DNA of 52,541 nt, from the sequence record SRR22947727_2671; one strand, given 5' to 3'. A program made the translations under genes and the position numbers. The notes under the pieces are model-generated. The model was given only the letters and a program-made list of their open reading frames with translations, ran no database searches and was not told where the DNA came from. This document shows, in pieces, positions 31,051-41,458 of this stretch (positions are counted from its first letter, which is position 1; each line of letters opens with the position of its first letter).

Positions 31051-33662
31051 TAAGTTTTAAGGTTCTGAGCCCATTCACCATTTTCATACACAGCAGTCCA
31101 CTTAGTTTTTTTACCATCCTTTTCTGATGCTAAGTAGTGAACATCTTCAGCTTTGTTATACCTTATGACATATGGATTGCCGTCTCTGTCCTTTTCAGGA
31201 GCACTCATAAGATATAAATGCTTGTTGATATTTGGTAGAAATCTGCAAGCCTCAGATATCTCTGAAGAAAGACTATTTATCTCTGAAACTTTAGGAGCTC
31301 TTGTTTCCCTGTTTTTAGGATACTTGCTAGCTGCTAAAAATAAACCTTTCATGCTATCTCTTAAAAGATAATGATCTTCGCATTTAAGGCAAGCTAAATC
31401 AGGCATAGATATTGGTTCCATCATGATTGGTTTTGGTTCACCATTTCTTTGCAAGGCTCTTGTTGCTCCACAATTATCATTGAGACATCCAAAGTACTTG
31501 CCAAACCTTCCAGTTTTTAATTGCATTTCAGCACCACACTTATGGCAATCTAATGTTGGGCCATCATAGCCTTTAATCTTGAATTGACCCTCTTCTATAA
31601 AATAACCGTCACAATCTGGATTTTTTCCACAAACATGTAATTTGCGCCCTTCATCAATAAGATAATTATCCATGCTGGTATCACATTTTTTACATCTTCT
31701 TTTAATTAATAAGTTTTCTGCCTCTTCTGTGTCATCAATACTTATAGCCTCGTCACCAGAAACCAAATTTAAGGTTTCTTTACACTTATCATCTCCTAAA
31801 TTTTGGTAGCCAGAGCATCCTAAAAAAACTCCATTAGAAGAATTTCTAATAACCATATTTGTTTTTCCGCATGGGCAAGAAATATTGGTAGAAGTTGGTT
31901 GATTGCCTCTCATGCCTTTTTCATCAGAAGCTGAGATTAAATCTTTTTGAAAAGCACTATAAAAATCATCTAGAACATTTTTCCAATCTAACTCACCCCT
32001 TGCAACACTATCAAGATTATTTTCTAAATTTGCAGTAAATTCATAATCCATGATGTCATCAAAACTTTCTAACAACCTTTCAGTAACAATATGACCAATT
32101 TTTTTTACAAAAAATCTTCTATTTTGAATTTCAACATATCCCCTGTCCTGTATAGTAGAAATAATATTTGCGTATGTAGAGGGTCTTCCTATTCCTTTTT
32201 TTTCCAACTCTTTCACAAGGGCTGCTTCAGAAAATCTTGCAGGTGGCTTTGTATATTTTTGTTCTAATTTTATTTCATTTAAATCAAGATTATCTCCCTC
32301 AGAAAGTGGAGGCAAAATATCATCATCATCTGATCTCATGGGTTGAGAAATTTTAGTGAAACCATCAAAAATGACCTCCCTTCCTTTTGCTGAGAAGGTA
32401 TATTCACCGATATTTATTTTTGCAGAAGTTGATAAATATTCAGCATCAGGCATTTGAGAAGCAATATATTGCTGCCAAATTAATTGATAAAGTCTTTTTT
32501 CTTCTTCGGTTTGATTTAACAAGTCATCACCTGTCATAAATGCATTAGTAGGTCTAATAGCCTCATGGGCTTCTTGAGCATTTTCTGTACTTGAGTATAT
32601 TCTTGGAGCATTAGTGAGATATTTCTCACCCACCCTTTCTGCAATAAAATTTCTAGCATCTTGAATGGATTCTTTACTTAAGCTTGGAGCATCTGTTCTC
32701 ATATAAGTAATATGCCCTGCTTCATATAATTTTTGTGCAACGCGCATTGTTCTCTTGACACCAAAGCTAAGCTTAGTACTTGCAGCCTGCTGAAGAGTAG
32801 ATGTTATAAAAGGAGCTCTAGGTTTAGCTTTGACGGGTTTTTTAACAATTTCATTTATAGAAAGATCTGAGTTACGAATACTACTTTCAATCTTTCTTGC
32901 TTCCTCTTCTTTAAGTAAAGGATCTGATTTTTTTCTATTTAAATTAAATGGAATAATCAAGTCATTCTTTTGAAGAGACATTGAAACTTCCCAAAACTCT
33001 TCAGGAATAAATTCTTGTATTAACCTTTCTCTTTCATCTAAAACTCTTAAAGCGACTGATTGAACTCTTCCAGCAGATAGTCCTCTGGCAATTTTTTTCC
33101 ATAACAATGGAGATAATTCAAAACCAATTACCTTATCTAAAAATCGTCTTGCTCTGTAGGCCTTAACTAAGTCTAAATCAATTTCTTTTGGATCAGCAAA
33201 GGAATCAATTATTGCAGGCTTAGTAATTTGATTAAATCTGACTCGAGAATATTCATATTTTTCAGGTCCCAAAGCTTCCTTTAAGTGCCATGCTATTGCC
33301 TCACCTTCTCTATCAAGGTCAGTTGCAAGATAAATATGATCAACCCCTTTTGCTGCTTTTCGAAGAGATTTAATTACCTTTTCTTTTTCAGGAATTATTT
33401 GCCAGTCTGCAGTCCATCCATTATCCGGATCTATACCCATCCTTCTAATCAATCTATTTCTATCATTAATTGCTTTAAGTCTTGCTTTTTCTTCTGGCGA
33501 TACATCTTTTGGTATAGATGATCTTTTAGAGTTTGGAGAAGCTTTTTTTGGTAAATCTCTTATATGACCAACACTAGACTCTACAATATATTCCTTACCT
33601 AAATACTTAGATATTGTTTTAGCTTTTGCCGGTGATTCAACGATTACTAATGATTTTGCCAT
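31050..33662 (-). CDS. topA: DNA topoisomerase I
   Basis: LVIVESPAKA, ATDLDREGEAI, SAGRVQS, ITYMRTD, GIGRPSTYA, C-terminal Zn ribbons. Confidence 0.97.
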   Translation of the reverse strand: MAKSLVIVESPAKAKTISKYLGKEYIVESSVGHIRDLPKKASPNSKRSSIPKDVSPEEKARLKAINDRNRLIRRMGIDPDNGWTADWQIIPEKEKVIKSLRKAAKGVDHIYLATDLDREGEAIAWHLKEALGPEKYEYSRVRFNQITKPAIIDSFADPKEIDLDLVKAYRARRFLDKVIGFELSPLLWKKIARGLSAGRVQSVALRVLDERERLIQEFIPEEFWEVSMSLQKNDLIIPFNLNRKKSDPLLKEEEARKIESSIRNSDLSINEIVKKPVKAKPRAPFITSTLQQAASTKLSFGVKRTMRVAQKLYEAGHITYMRTDAPSLSKESIQDARNFIAERVGEKYLTNAPRIYSSTENAQEAHEAIRPTNAFMTGDDLLNQTEEEKRLYQLIWQQYIASQMPDAEYLSTSAKINIGEYTFSAKGREVIFDGFTKISQPMRSDDDDILPPLSEGDNLDLNEIKLEQKYTKPPARFSEAALVKELEKKGIGRPSTYANIISTIQDRGYVEIQNRRFFVKKIGHIVTERLLESFDDIMDYEFTANLENNLDSVARGELDWKNVLDDFYSAFQKDLISASDEKGMRGNQPTSTNISCPCGKTNMVIRNSSNGVFLGCSGYQNLGDDKCKETLNLVSGDEAISIDDTEEAENLLIKRRCKKCDTSMDNYLIDEGRKLHVCGKNPDCDGYFIEEGQFKIKGYDGPTLDCHKCGAEMQLKTGRFGKYFGCLNDNCGATRALQRNGEPKPIMMEPISMPDLACLKCEDHYLLRDSMKGLFLAASKYPKNRETRAPKVSEINSLSSEISEACRFLPNINKHLYLMSAPEKDRDGNPYVIRYNKAEDVHYLASEKDGKKTKWTAVYENGEWAQNLKT

Positions 33663-33723
33663 AATTAAAACTGTGTTCCTTTTTTAGAAATACCACTAAA
33701 GGTGATGATTTGACAAGACTTTT

Positions 33724-34158
33724 TTAAAAATTTTTAAGCAGGTTATTAATTTTTATTAGCTCATCAAGCCCTTTACTTTCTTTCCAAATAAATGAAATAA
33801 ATGATTTAGAAAAGATTATCTCTTCAACAGATGGAGATAAGTTTTTTAACTCATTTTGTATCTCACTGTACTCATCTGAGTACTTTAACTTGAGAGGAGA
33901 ATACAAAATTAATTCATCTTTGTCTCTAAAAAAATGAGCTTCTTTTAACTTAGCTGTATTTTTGATCTGATAAATCATGCTATTAAAATCTTTGTTTTTG
34001 AACAAATTTTTACCAATAGATGCTGATGAAATCTTAAATCCAATCTTTGATGCCTCAATTCTTAAAACTGAGATTTTCCTTGATGACTTAGATGGTATAG
34101 CAAAACCTAAAGTACCAATTAGGAATGCTATAACTATAAAAATTACTGCATATTCCAT
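33724..34158 (-). CDS. Hypothetical protein with N-terminal TM anchor
   Basis: Hydrophobic N-terminus followed by PS...R....LR.EA...G. Confidence 0.65.
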   Translation of the reverse strand: MEYAVIFIVIAFLIGTLGFAIPSKSSRKISVLRIEASKIGFKISSASIGKNLFKNKDFNSMIYQIKNTAKLKEAHFFRDKDELILYSPLKLKYSDEYSEIQNELKNLSPSVEEIIFSKSFISFIWKESKGLDELIKINNLLKNF

Positions 34159-34165
34159 ATTTTAT

Positions 34166-35149
34166 TTATTTAAGGATGTCTTGAACAATTTTAGGTCCTT
34201 TAAATATAAAACCAGTATAAATTTGGACAAGTTCAGCACCTGCGTTTATTTTAATTTCAAAATCATCCTTGGACATGACTCCACCAACTCCAATAAGTGA
34301 GAGTTTGGGATATGCCTCCTTAATAGATTTAAGAATATTAGTTGATGGAATGAAAAGCGGCGCTCCTGAAAGTCCTCCTTCAGTATGACTATATCTATTA
34401 TCTGATAGATCTTTTCTATCTATTGTGGTGTTAGATATTATTAAGCCAGACATTGATGAATTTAAAACTATTTCAGCAAGTTTCTTTATGGAGCTAATAG
34501 ATTCATCAGGAGAAATCTTTACAAATATTGGCCCTTTGAAATTAGTAGCACTTGCCTCACTTTCAACAGCATTGATAAGATTTGTGATATTTTCTTGATT
34601 ATGCAATTCCCGAAGCCCTGGCGTGTTAGGAGAAGAGATATTTATTGTTAAATAATCACAAAGGTCAGCAACCTTTCTTAAGCAGACTATATAATCATTA
34701 ATCCTATCTTGACCAATAGAATTTTTATTTGCTCCAATATTTACACCTATGATTCCTTTATATTTTCTGGATTTTAAATTACAGACCAAATGATCGATGC
34801 CTTTGTTATTAAAACCTAGTCTATTTATTACAGCATAATCTCTGGGTATTCTAAAAACTCTTGGTTTAGGGTTTCCAGCTTGTGGCAGTGGTGTAACTGT
34901 TCCGACTTCAAGGAAACCAAAACCTAATGCACCCAGACAATCTATAAAATCTCCATTTTTATCTAAACCAGCAGCTGTTCCAAGCCTGCTAGTAAATTTC
35001 AGACCAAATACCTGAAGATCTTTTGTTTTACCTTTTGTAAAAAAGAAATTAAGGAGTTTAAATTTATGTAAAATTTTTAACGAATAAAGAGCCACAGAGT
35101 GAGCTGCTTCAGGTGGAAAAAGCTTTATAGTTTTTAGAATTAGATTCAA
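34166..35149 (-). CDS. pyrD: Dihydroorotate dehydrogenase (quinone), class 2
   Basis: AAGLDKNG, GNPKPRVFR, NRLGFNN, NISSPNTPGLR, GGLSG. Confidence 0.96.
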   Translation of the reverse strand: MNLILKTIKLFPPEAAHSVALYSLKILHKFKLLNFFFTKGKTKDLQVFGLKFTSRLGTAAGLDKNGDFIDCLGALGFGFLEVGTVTPLPQAGNPKPRVFRIPRDYAVINRLGFNNKGIDHLVCNLKSRKYKGIIGVNIGANKNSIGQDRINDYIVCLRKVADLCDYLTINISSPNTPGLRELHNQENITNLINAVESEASATNFKGPIFVKISPDESISSIKKLAEIVLNSSMSGLIISNTTIDRKDLSDNRYSHTEGGLSGAPLFIPSTNILKSIKEAYPKLSLIGVGGVMSKDDFEIKINAGAELVQIYTGFIFKGPKIVQDILK

Positions 35150-36009
35150 ATCTTTAATTGTTTTATATAATTTTTAATATCGTCTTTAATTTCATTGTCA
35201 CGAAGTGAGATTGAAATAGTAGCCTCAACATAACCTTGCTTACTTCCACAATCAAACTTCTCGCCTTTATATATACATGCTGAAATTTTTTCATCTTTTA
35301 ACATTAACTTAATTGCATCAGTCAACTGTATTTCATTAGACTTATCTGGTGAGGTTTCTTCTAAATAATTAAAGATAGAGCTATTTAAAATATATCTTCC
35401 ACAGACTGCTATATCTGATGGAGCCTCTTCTGGTTTTGGCTTTTCAACTATACTTTTAATTTCAATAAAACGATCATTGATGCTTCCAGGATCTATAACA
35501 CCATATTTATGAATATTTTTTGAATCAATTCTATTTACAGCTATCACTGAATTATTTGTCTCATGATAGATTTCAGATAACTGAGCAAGACAACTAGAGG
35601 AAAATAAATCATCTGGCAATAAGATAGCAAAGGGTTCATCTAAAATATAATCCTTGGCTAATAGGATTGCATGCCCCAGACCCTTTTGTTCATCTTGATT
35701 TATGTAAGTAAATTTTAAATCTTTAAAATTTTCTGGATTTGCTTTTTCTAAAAAATCTTTTTTGTTAGATTCTATTAATTTTTTCTCAATGGATTTAGAA
35801 AAGTCAAAGTGTTTTTTAATTGAGTATTTATGTGGACTTATTATAAAAATAATTTCTTCAATTCCTATTTCAATTGCTTCTTCTACAGCATATTGAACGA
35901 GCGGTTTATCAATTATAGGAAGCATTTCTTTAGGTGTAGCTTTTGACGCTGGTAGGAATCTAGTTCCGTGTCCTGCAACGGGTAATAAAGCTTTTCTTAT
36001 TTTATTCAT
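35146..36009 (-). CDS. galU: UTP--glucose-1-phosphate uridylyltransferase
   Basis: PVAG.GTRFLPASKA.PKEMLP, GLGHA, IVEKP, EIQLTDAI, DCGSK. Confidence 0.93.
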   Translation of the reverse strand: MNKIRKALLPVAGHGTRFLPASKATPKEMLPIIDKPLVQYAVEEAIEIGIEEIIFIISPHKYSIKKHFDFSKSIEKKLIESNKKDFLEKANPENFKDLKFTYINQDEQKGLGHAILLAKDYILDEPFAILLPDDLFSSSCLAQLSEIYHETNNSVIAVNRIDSKNIHKYGVIDPGSINDRFIEIKSIVEKPKPEEAPSDIAVCGRYILNSSIFNYLEETSPDKSNEIQLTDAIKLMLKDEKISACIYKGEKFDCGSKQGYVEATISISLRDNEIKDDIKNYIKQLKI

Positions 36010-36638
36010 GACAGACCTCTTTTAAAAATATATTTTGCAATGATGGCAAATATAATTCCCGATATTAACCCACCCAGGTGAGCAAAATTAGCAACATTTC
36101 CGAAGCCGAATAAGGTCAGTATGCCCATAAAGCCAAGCAATAACCAGATTATCATAAATAAATATATGGCTGGAGGTAAGCCATATCTATTAGATTTTGT
36201 TTCTAATTCAATTATCATGCAATAACCAAGCATTCCATATATAACTCCAGATAAACCTCCAAATAAAGATGGTCCTGAATAAAAATATTGTGTCATATTT
36301 GAGCATGCAGATGAAAAAATTACTAAATTTAAAAATGTAAAGTGTCCATCTAAAAATTCAATTTTTGATCCTAGGACATAAATCCAGAGACAATTAAAAG
36401 CTAAATGAGCAAATGAAAAATGAATAAGCATTGGAGTGATAAGTCTCCACCATTCATTATTAATATTGTATGTAGATTCTATTGAAAAAAAATTAATGTA
36501 CCCTCTTTCGATAGAATTTAAATCCATTTTTAAAAAAGTAAGTGGCTCAATAGCAGACACAAAGCTTCCGTAATTTGATATTAAAGCAATAATCACAGAT
36601 ACAATGATAATAGGTATGTGAAGATTTTTAATATTCAT
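36006..36638 (-). CDS. Rhomboid family intramembrane serine protease (GlpG-like, lacking the N-terminal cytoplasmic domain)
   Basis: WWRLITP...HF...HL.FN, GLSGVIYG, AN.AHLGGL. Confidence 0.92.
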   Translation of the reverse strand: MNIKNLHIPIIIVSVIIALISNYGSFVSAIEPLTFLKMDLNSIERGYINFFSIESTYNINNEWWRLITPMLIHFSFAHLAFNCLWIYVLGSKIEFLDGHFTFLNLVIFSSACSNMTQYFYSGPSLFGGLSGVIYGMLGYCMIIELETKSNRYGLPPAIYLFMIIWLLLGFMGILTLFGFGNVANFAHLGGLISGIIFAIIAKYIFKRGLS

Positions 36639-37508
36639 TCAAGAACTCTTCTTAGATATATCTAAACTCCATCCTAACTTTTCTCTGCAGGCTTCAAAAA
36701 AATCATTATTTATTGGGTGAACTAGCCTTAATTTATGTTCCATTTTTGAAATCTGTATATCTTCTAGATATGGTACTGGAATATCCTCCTGACCATCAGC
36801 ACAAATCTTTGCTATGTCTAAAGGTCCTCTTAATAGATTTACTTTAACTTTCTCATCCGAAGAAATAACAAAAGGACGGGATGAGATACTCTGAGGCAAC
36901 ATTGGAAGTATTGTCCAAACATCCAAGCCTGGATGGATGATAGGTCCGCCAGCTGAAAGAGCATAAGCGGTCGATCCAGTAGGTGTAGCTATAATTAGTC
37001 CATCTGAACGTTGCTCATAAACAACCTTATCATTTACAGATAATCTGTACCTCATTAGCTGGGTATATGCACCAGAGTGAATAACGATTTCATTAAGACC
37101 ATATGCTGTCGTATTATTAAAAGAGGCGCTGACAAGATTTCTTTCTTCTATTTTGCAATTTCCATCAATCACATCTTTTATAATTGACTCGAAATCTTCG
37201 GTTTTTACATCAGTTAAAAAACCAACCGTACCCATGTTTATACCAAGAATGGGAATATTATGTTCAAGATATTTTCTTGCAGATCTTAAAAGAGTTCCGT
37301 CGCCACCAAAAACAATAATTAAATCAACCTTAGATACAAATTCGCTATGTTTTATAGTTAGCAAAGAGTTGTTTTTATATTTAGAAGTATCTTCGATAAA
37401 AACTTTTGGAGTATGCTTTTTTAAATTATTAATTAAGACATCAAGGCCATGAGAGTCAATACCCTCGCCAGATTTTTCTTTAATATAAATTCCAATATTT
37501 TTAAACAT
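36639..37508 (-). CDS. nadK: NAD(+) kinase
   Basis: GGDGTLL, GINMG.VGFL, LNE, DGLIIATPTGSTAYALSAGGP. Confidence 0.95.
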   Translation of the reverse strand: MFKNIGIYIKEKSGEGIDSHGLDVLINNLKKHTPKVFIEDTSKYKNNSLLTIKHSEFVSKVDLIIVFGGDGTLLRSARKYLEHNIPILGINMGTVGFLTDVKTEDFESIIKDVIDGNCKIEERNLVSASFNNTTAYGLNEIVIHSGAYTQLMRYRLSVNDKVVYEQRSDGLIIATPTGSTAYALSAGGPIIHPGLDVWTILPMLPQSISSRPFVISSDEKVKVNLLRGPLDIAKICADGQEDIPVPYLEDIQISKMEHKLRLVHPINNDFFEACREKLGWSLDISKKSS

Positions 37509-37647
37509 GGAGGAATTATACTATTTCAATCAACTCTTACGTAAAGAATATAGATATCATTGATAAATATTGAACATTTTATTTCTTTTGAACAAGATAA
37601 ACTTTGATATAGAATGTTTTACAGTTCAAAAATATATATAAAAACAT

Positions 37648-38838
37648 ATGCAAAATTTAGAAGAATTCAGACAAGAGGTTAAGGAATGGCTCAACGATAA
37701 CTGTCCTAAGTCTATGAGAGCTGGTGCAAACCCTTCAATTCCTATTGATGAGGTCTGGGGTGGCAGGAAAGCTGAATATAAAAATCCTGAATCAAAGCTA
37801 TGGCTAGATCGAATGGGGGCTAAAGGATGGACGATGCCAACAGTTTCAAAAGAATATGGTGGAGGTGGATTGACCGCTGAAGAGGTGTCGATACTAAACC
37901 AAGAAATGTTTGCAATTGGTGCTAAAGGGCCTCTATTAAGTTTTGGTATTTGGATGCTTGCTCCAGTGCTCCTTGAATACGGAACAGAAGAACAGAAAAA
38001 AGAGCATCTTCCAAAAATTATCAAAGGTGAGATTAGATGGTGTCAGGGATATTCTGAACCAGGATCTGGGTCTGATTTAGCTAGTCTTGCTACAAAAGCT
38101 GAAGATAATGGAGATCATTTTATAGTGAATGGCCAAAAAGTATGGACATCATATGCGGATAAGGCTGATTGGATATTTGCTTTGGTAAGAACAGGTCCTA
38201 AAGAGCCAAAACATGATGGTATTAGTTTTTTACTAATTGACATGGAAACAGCGGGAGTCAGCACAAAACCAATTACTCTAATATCTGGAAAATCTCCTTT
38301 TTGCGAAACATTTTTTGATGACGTAAAAGTACCAAAAGAAAATCTTATAGGTCAACAAAATGCTGGATGGGCAATTGCAAAAGCATTGTTACAACATGAA
38401 AGAGCTTTTCTATCAAGCTTTGGTCTTGCCTCTAGTATGGGCAGTGGCAGAGATCTTGTTTCTATTGCTAAAAAACATATTGGGGAAGAAGATGGAAAAA
38501 TTAGTAATGGCTTTTATAGATCACAAATAACAGCTCATAAAATTAAAGAACATGCATTTGGATTGACATTAAAAAGAGCCAAAGATGAAGGCGGAAAAGC
38601 TAGCGCAACTGCTTCAATGTTTAAATTATATGGGTCTGAACATAACAAAAGACGTCATGAATTAATGATTGCTGCCACCGGTATAAATGGAGTTGCATGG
38701 GATGGGGATGAATTCGATAAAAAAGACAAAGATCTTACAAGAGCCTGGCTAAGAACAAAAGGAAATTCTATTGAAGGTGGAACTTCTGAAGTTCAATTAA
38801 ACGTTATATCAAAAAGAGTCTTGGGTCTTCCAAGTTAG
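37648..38838 (+). CDS. Acyl-CoA dehydrogenase (catalytic-type subunit of a probable heterotetramer)
   Basis: WCQGYSEPGSGSDLASL, NGQKVWTS, IEGGTSEVQ.NVI. Confidence 0.92.
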   Translation: MQNLEEFRQEVKEWLNDNCPKSMRAGANPSIPIDEVWGGRKAEYKNPESKLWLDRMGAKGWTMPTVSKEYGGGGLTAEEVSILNQEMFAIGAKGPLLSFGIWMLAPVLLEYGTEEQKKEHLPKIIKGEIRWCQGYSEPGSGSDLASLATKAEDNGDHFIVNGQKVWTSYADKADWIFALVRTGPKEPKHDGISFLLIDMETAGVSTKPITLISGKSPFCETFFDDVKVPKENLIGQQNAGWAIAKALLQHERAFLSSFGLASSMGSGRDLVSIAKKHIGEEDGKISNGFYRSQITAHKIKEHAFGLTLKRAKDEGGKASATASMFKLYGSEHNKRRHELMIAATGINGVAWDGDEFDKKDKDLTRAWLRTKGNSIEGGTSEVQLNVISKRVLGLPS

Positions 38839-38863
38839 AAATATTTAATCAGGATAAAAGAAA

Positions 38864-40003
38864 ATGAAATTAATACTAACAGAAGAACAAGAGTTTCTTA
38901 GGGATACTGCAAGAGATTTTGCTCGAGAAAGAACACCAGTTACTCATTTTAGATCTCTTAGAGACAATAAAGATGAAAACCTTTGGGATAAAGATATTTG
39001 GCAAGAAATGGTCAATTTAGGCTGGTCAGGTATTCTCATACCTGAGGAATTTGGTGGTTCTGATTTTGGTGTTGCAGGTATAAGTGTTATTTTGCAAGAA
39101 TGTGGTAAGACTCTCACACCTTCTCCTCTTTTTTCAACAGGTGTTTTGGGTGCATATGCTATTTCTAATTTTGGCACAAAAGAACAAAAAGAAAAATATC
39201 TTCCAAAGATAGTTAGTGGAGAAATTACAACCGCCCTTGCTGTAGATGAATCTAGTCACCACGATCCTAGTAAAACACTATTCAAAGCAGAACAGAAAGC
39301 TAGCAATTTCTTGTTAAATGGTAAAAAAACTTTTGTAATTGATGGTGCTAGTGCTGATATTTTTATCGTACTTGCAAGAACATCTGGTAATTCAGGTGAT
39401 TTAGCTGGTTTAACTTTATTTGTTGTTGAATCAAGTGTTGATGGTATTAAAAAAATAAAACTCGATATGGCTGATTCAAGAAATTATGCCAATATTGAGT
39501 TTAATAATGTTGAATGCTCTAACGAAGATATACTTGGAGCTTTGGAATCTGGTGGAGAGACAGTTGAAAGAATTCTAGATATTGGAAGAATTGCGATGTC
39601 TGCTGAGATGCTTGGTAATGCAGAATCAGCCTTTGAGACAACCATAGAATACCTTAAGCAAAGAAAACAATTTGGTGTAGTGATAGGTACATTCCAAGCG
39701 CTTCAACATAGAGCTGCAGAAATGTTTTGTGAAATTGAGCTAACAAAGTCAGCAGTTATGGCGGCTATTCATGGTGCTGACGAAAATTCAAATGAACTTC
39801 AGAGATTATCTAGTCTTGCAAAAACAATTGCAGGTGAAACTCTTAATTTAATTTCTAATGAAGCAATTCAAATGCATGGCGGCATTGGGGTAACTGATGA
39901 GTATGATCTTGGATTTTTTATAAAAAGGTCTAGAGTTGCAGAGCAAATTTTTGGGAGTTCAACATATCATACTGAAAGATATGCTAATCTAAGCGGGTTC
40001 TAA
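38864..40003 (+). CDS. Acyl-CoA dehydrogenase (partner subunit)
   Basis: RKQFG..IG.FQALQH, IQMHGGIG.T.E; lacks the SEP/GSD motif of the first subunit. Confidence 0.9.
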   Translation: MKLILTEEQEFLRDTARDFARERTPVTHFRSLRDNKDENLWDKDIWQEMVNLGWSGILIPEEFGGSDFGVAGISVILQECGKTLTPSPLFSTGVLGAYAISNFGTKEQKEKYLPKIVSGEITTALAVDESSHHDPSKTLFKAEQKASNFLLNGKKTFVIDGASADIFIVLARTSGNSGDLAGLTLFVVESSVDGIKKIKLDMADSRNYANIEFNNVECSNEDILGALESGGETVERILDIGRIAMSAEMLGNAESAFETTIEYLKQRKQFGVVIGTFQALQHRAAEMFCEIELTKSAVMAAIHGADENSNELQRLSSLAKTIAGETLNLISNEAIQMHGGIGVTDEYDLGFFIKRSRVAEQIFGSSTYHTERYANLSGF

Positions 40004-40018
40004 ATTTGAAAGTTTGAT

Positions 40019-40903
40019 ATGTATTACATAAAGTCCAACATAATAGGCTTTTTTACTTTTATATTAATCGTTATCGAATTAATAATTGGCTTTGGAACGT
40101 TAACAATAGTTAATATTCCAAGAGCAATATTTCCACTTAAATCTCTTAAAATCAAATTAAGCAAAATTTCAAATACTATTGGTGAATATACTGTCTATGG
40201 ATTGAAGATTATTATGAAAATAATGCATAGAGATTCTATGCAAATATTTGATGATAATGAGTTTAATAAAAATCAATGGTACATGGCTGTTTCTAATCAC
40301 CAATCGTGGGCTGACATTTTTATTCTTTTGGTAGCAGCTCATAAAAGAATTCCTCTTCTTAAATTTTTTATGAAAAAAGAATTGGCTTGGATACCTTTTA
40401 TATTTCTTGCAAATAAAACCTTGAACATGCCTTTTGTAAATAGGCATTCAAAAAAACAATTAGAAAAAAATCCTAATCTAAGGTTCAAAGATTATGAAAA
40501 TACTTTAATGGCCTGTAAAAGATTTCAAAGATCACCTTCAACTATTTTTAGTTATGCGGAGGGTACAAGAAATAACCTTAAAAAGCATAAAGCTCAGAAT
40601 TCACCATACAAAAATCTTTTGATACCAAGAGTTGGTGGTATTGCAACCGCTCTGTCTGCTATGCCAAATATTGATGTTTTGGTTGACTATTCGGTTGTAT
40701 ATAAATCAGACAAAAGAGGAGCATGGGCTTTTTTAAAAGGCGATATGCGAGACGTAAAAGTTTCAGTTAAAAAATATACCATTCCAGAGAATCTTAAAAA
40801 CAAAAACTATTCTACTGATGAAGAATATAGAAATAATTTTAAAATTTGGATTGAAACAATTTGGGAAGAGAAAGATAAAGAGATTGAAAGATTAAAGTTC
40901 TAG
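40019..40903 (+). CDS. PlsC-family acyltransferase (YihG-like)
   Basis: SNHQSWADI, KFFMKKEL.WIP, MPFV.R, EGTR, LL.PR.GG. Confidence 0.88.
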   Translation: MYYIKSNIIGFFTFILIVIELIIGFGTLTIVNIPRAIFPLKSLKIKLSKISNTIGEYTVYGLKIIMKIMHRDSMQIFDDNEFNKNQWYMAVSNHQSWADIFILLVAAHKRIPLLKFFMKKELAWIPFIFLANKTLNMPFVNRHSKKQLEKNPNLRFKDYENTLMACKRFQRSPSTIFSYAEGTRNNLKKHKAQNSPYKNLLIPRVGGIATALSAMPNIDVLVDYSVVYKSDKRGAWAFLKGDMRDVKVSVKKYTIPENLKNKNYSTDEEYRNNFKIWIETIWEEKDKEIERLKF

Positions 40904-41386
40904 TTTTTTTCTACTAACAACCCACCCATTAGTATCAACGTAAATCCAATCCCCAGAACTTATTGAAACAGATCCAATATTAATATTTTTATCTTTGGTT
41001 CCAACTCCAACAGACTTATCTGTTTTCATTGGATATGCATTTTTTGCATTAACACCAATTGAAATATTCTTGATGACTTCTACATCACGAATATAACCAT
41101 TTACAAAAATTCCTCTCCAGTTATTTTCAAATGCTTTTTGAGCAATTTGATCACCAACCATTGAACATAATTTATCACCAGCATGGTTTATGACCAGAAC
41201 CTTACCTTCACCATTTTCTTCAACCATTTCTTTTACAACACTATTACTATGTGGACAATTTGCTGTTCTAATCTCACCACAAAACTTATCAATACCTCCA
41301 TAAGAATTAAGAAAAACATCACCTATTAATATCTCATTAAAAAAAGCATCGCATATATCAGGAACTGTAAAATTATATTTTTGCAT
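40892..41386 (-). CDS. rraA: RraA-like protein / HMG-aldolase family
   Basis: PDICD, FCGEI.T, GKVLV, GDQIA..A..N.W.G....G.IRDV, GD.IY.D.NG. Confidence 0.8.
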   Translation of the reverse strand: MQKYNFTVPDICDAFFNEILIGDVFLNSYGGIDKFCGEIRTANCPHSNSVVKEMVEENGEGKVLVINHAGDKLCSMVGDQIAQKAFENNWRGIFVNGYIRDVEVIKNISIGVNAKNAYPMKTDKSVGVGTKDKNINIGSVSISSGDWIYVDTNGWVVSRKKLEL

Positions 41387-41458
41387 TAGAAGAAAATTTT
41401 AAATTTATCTCATAATTATAATAGAATTAAAAATATATATAAAAATGAAGAGTAAATT

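Noticed and set aside
37509-37647. Possible sRNA or riboswitch in the nadK/ACAD intergenic region (TTTTGAAC...GTTCAAAA arms)
   Set aside because: Only 8 bp of AT-rich pairing, no terminator or known aptamer motif; explained by divergent promoters
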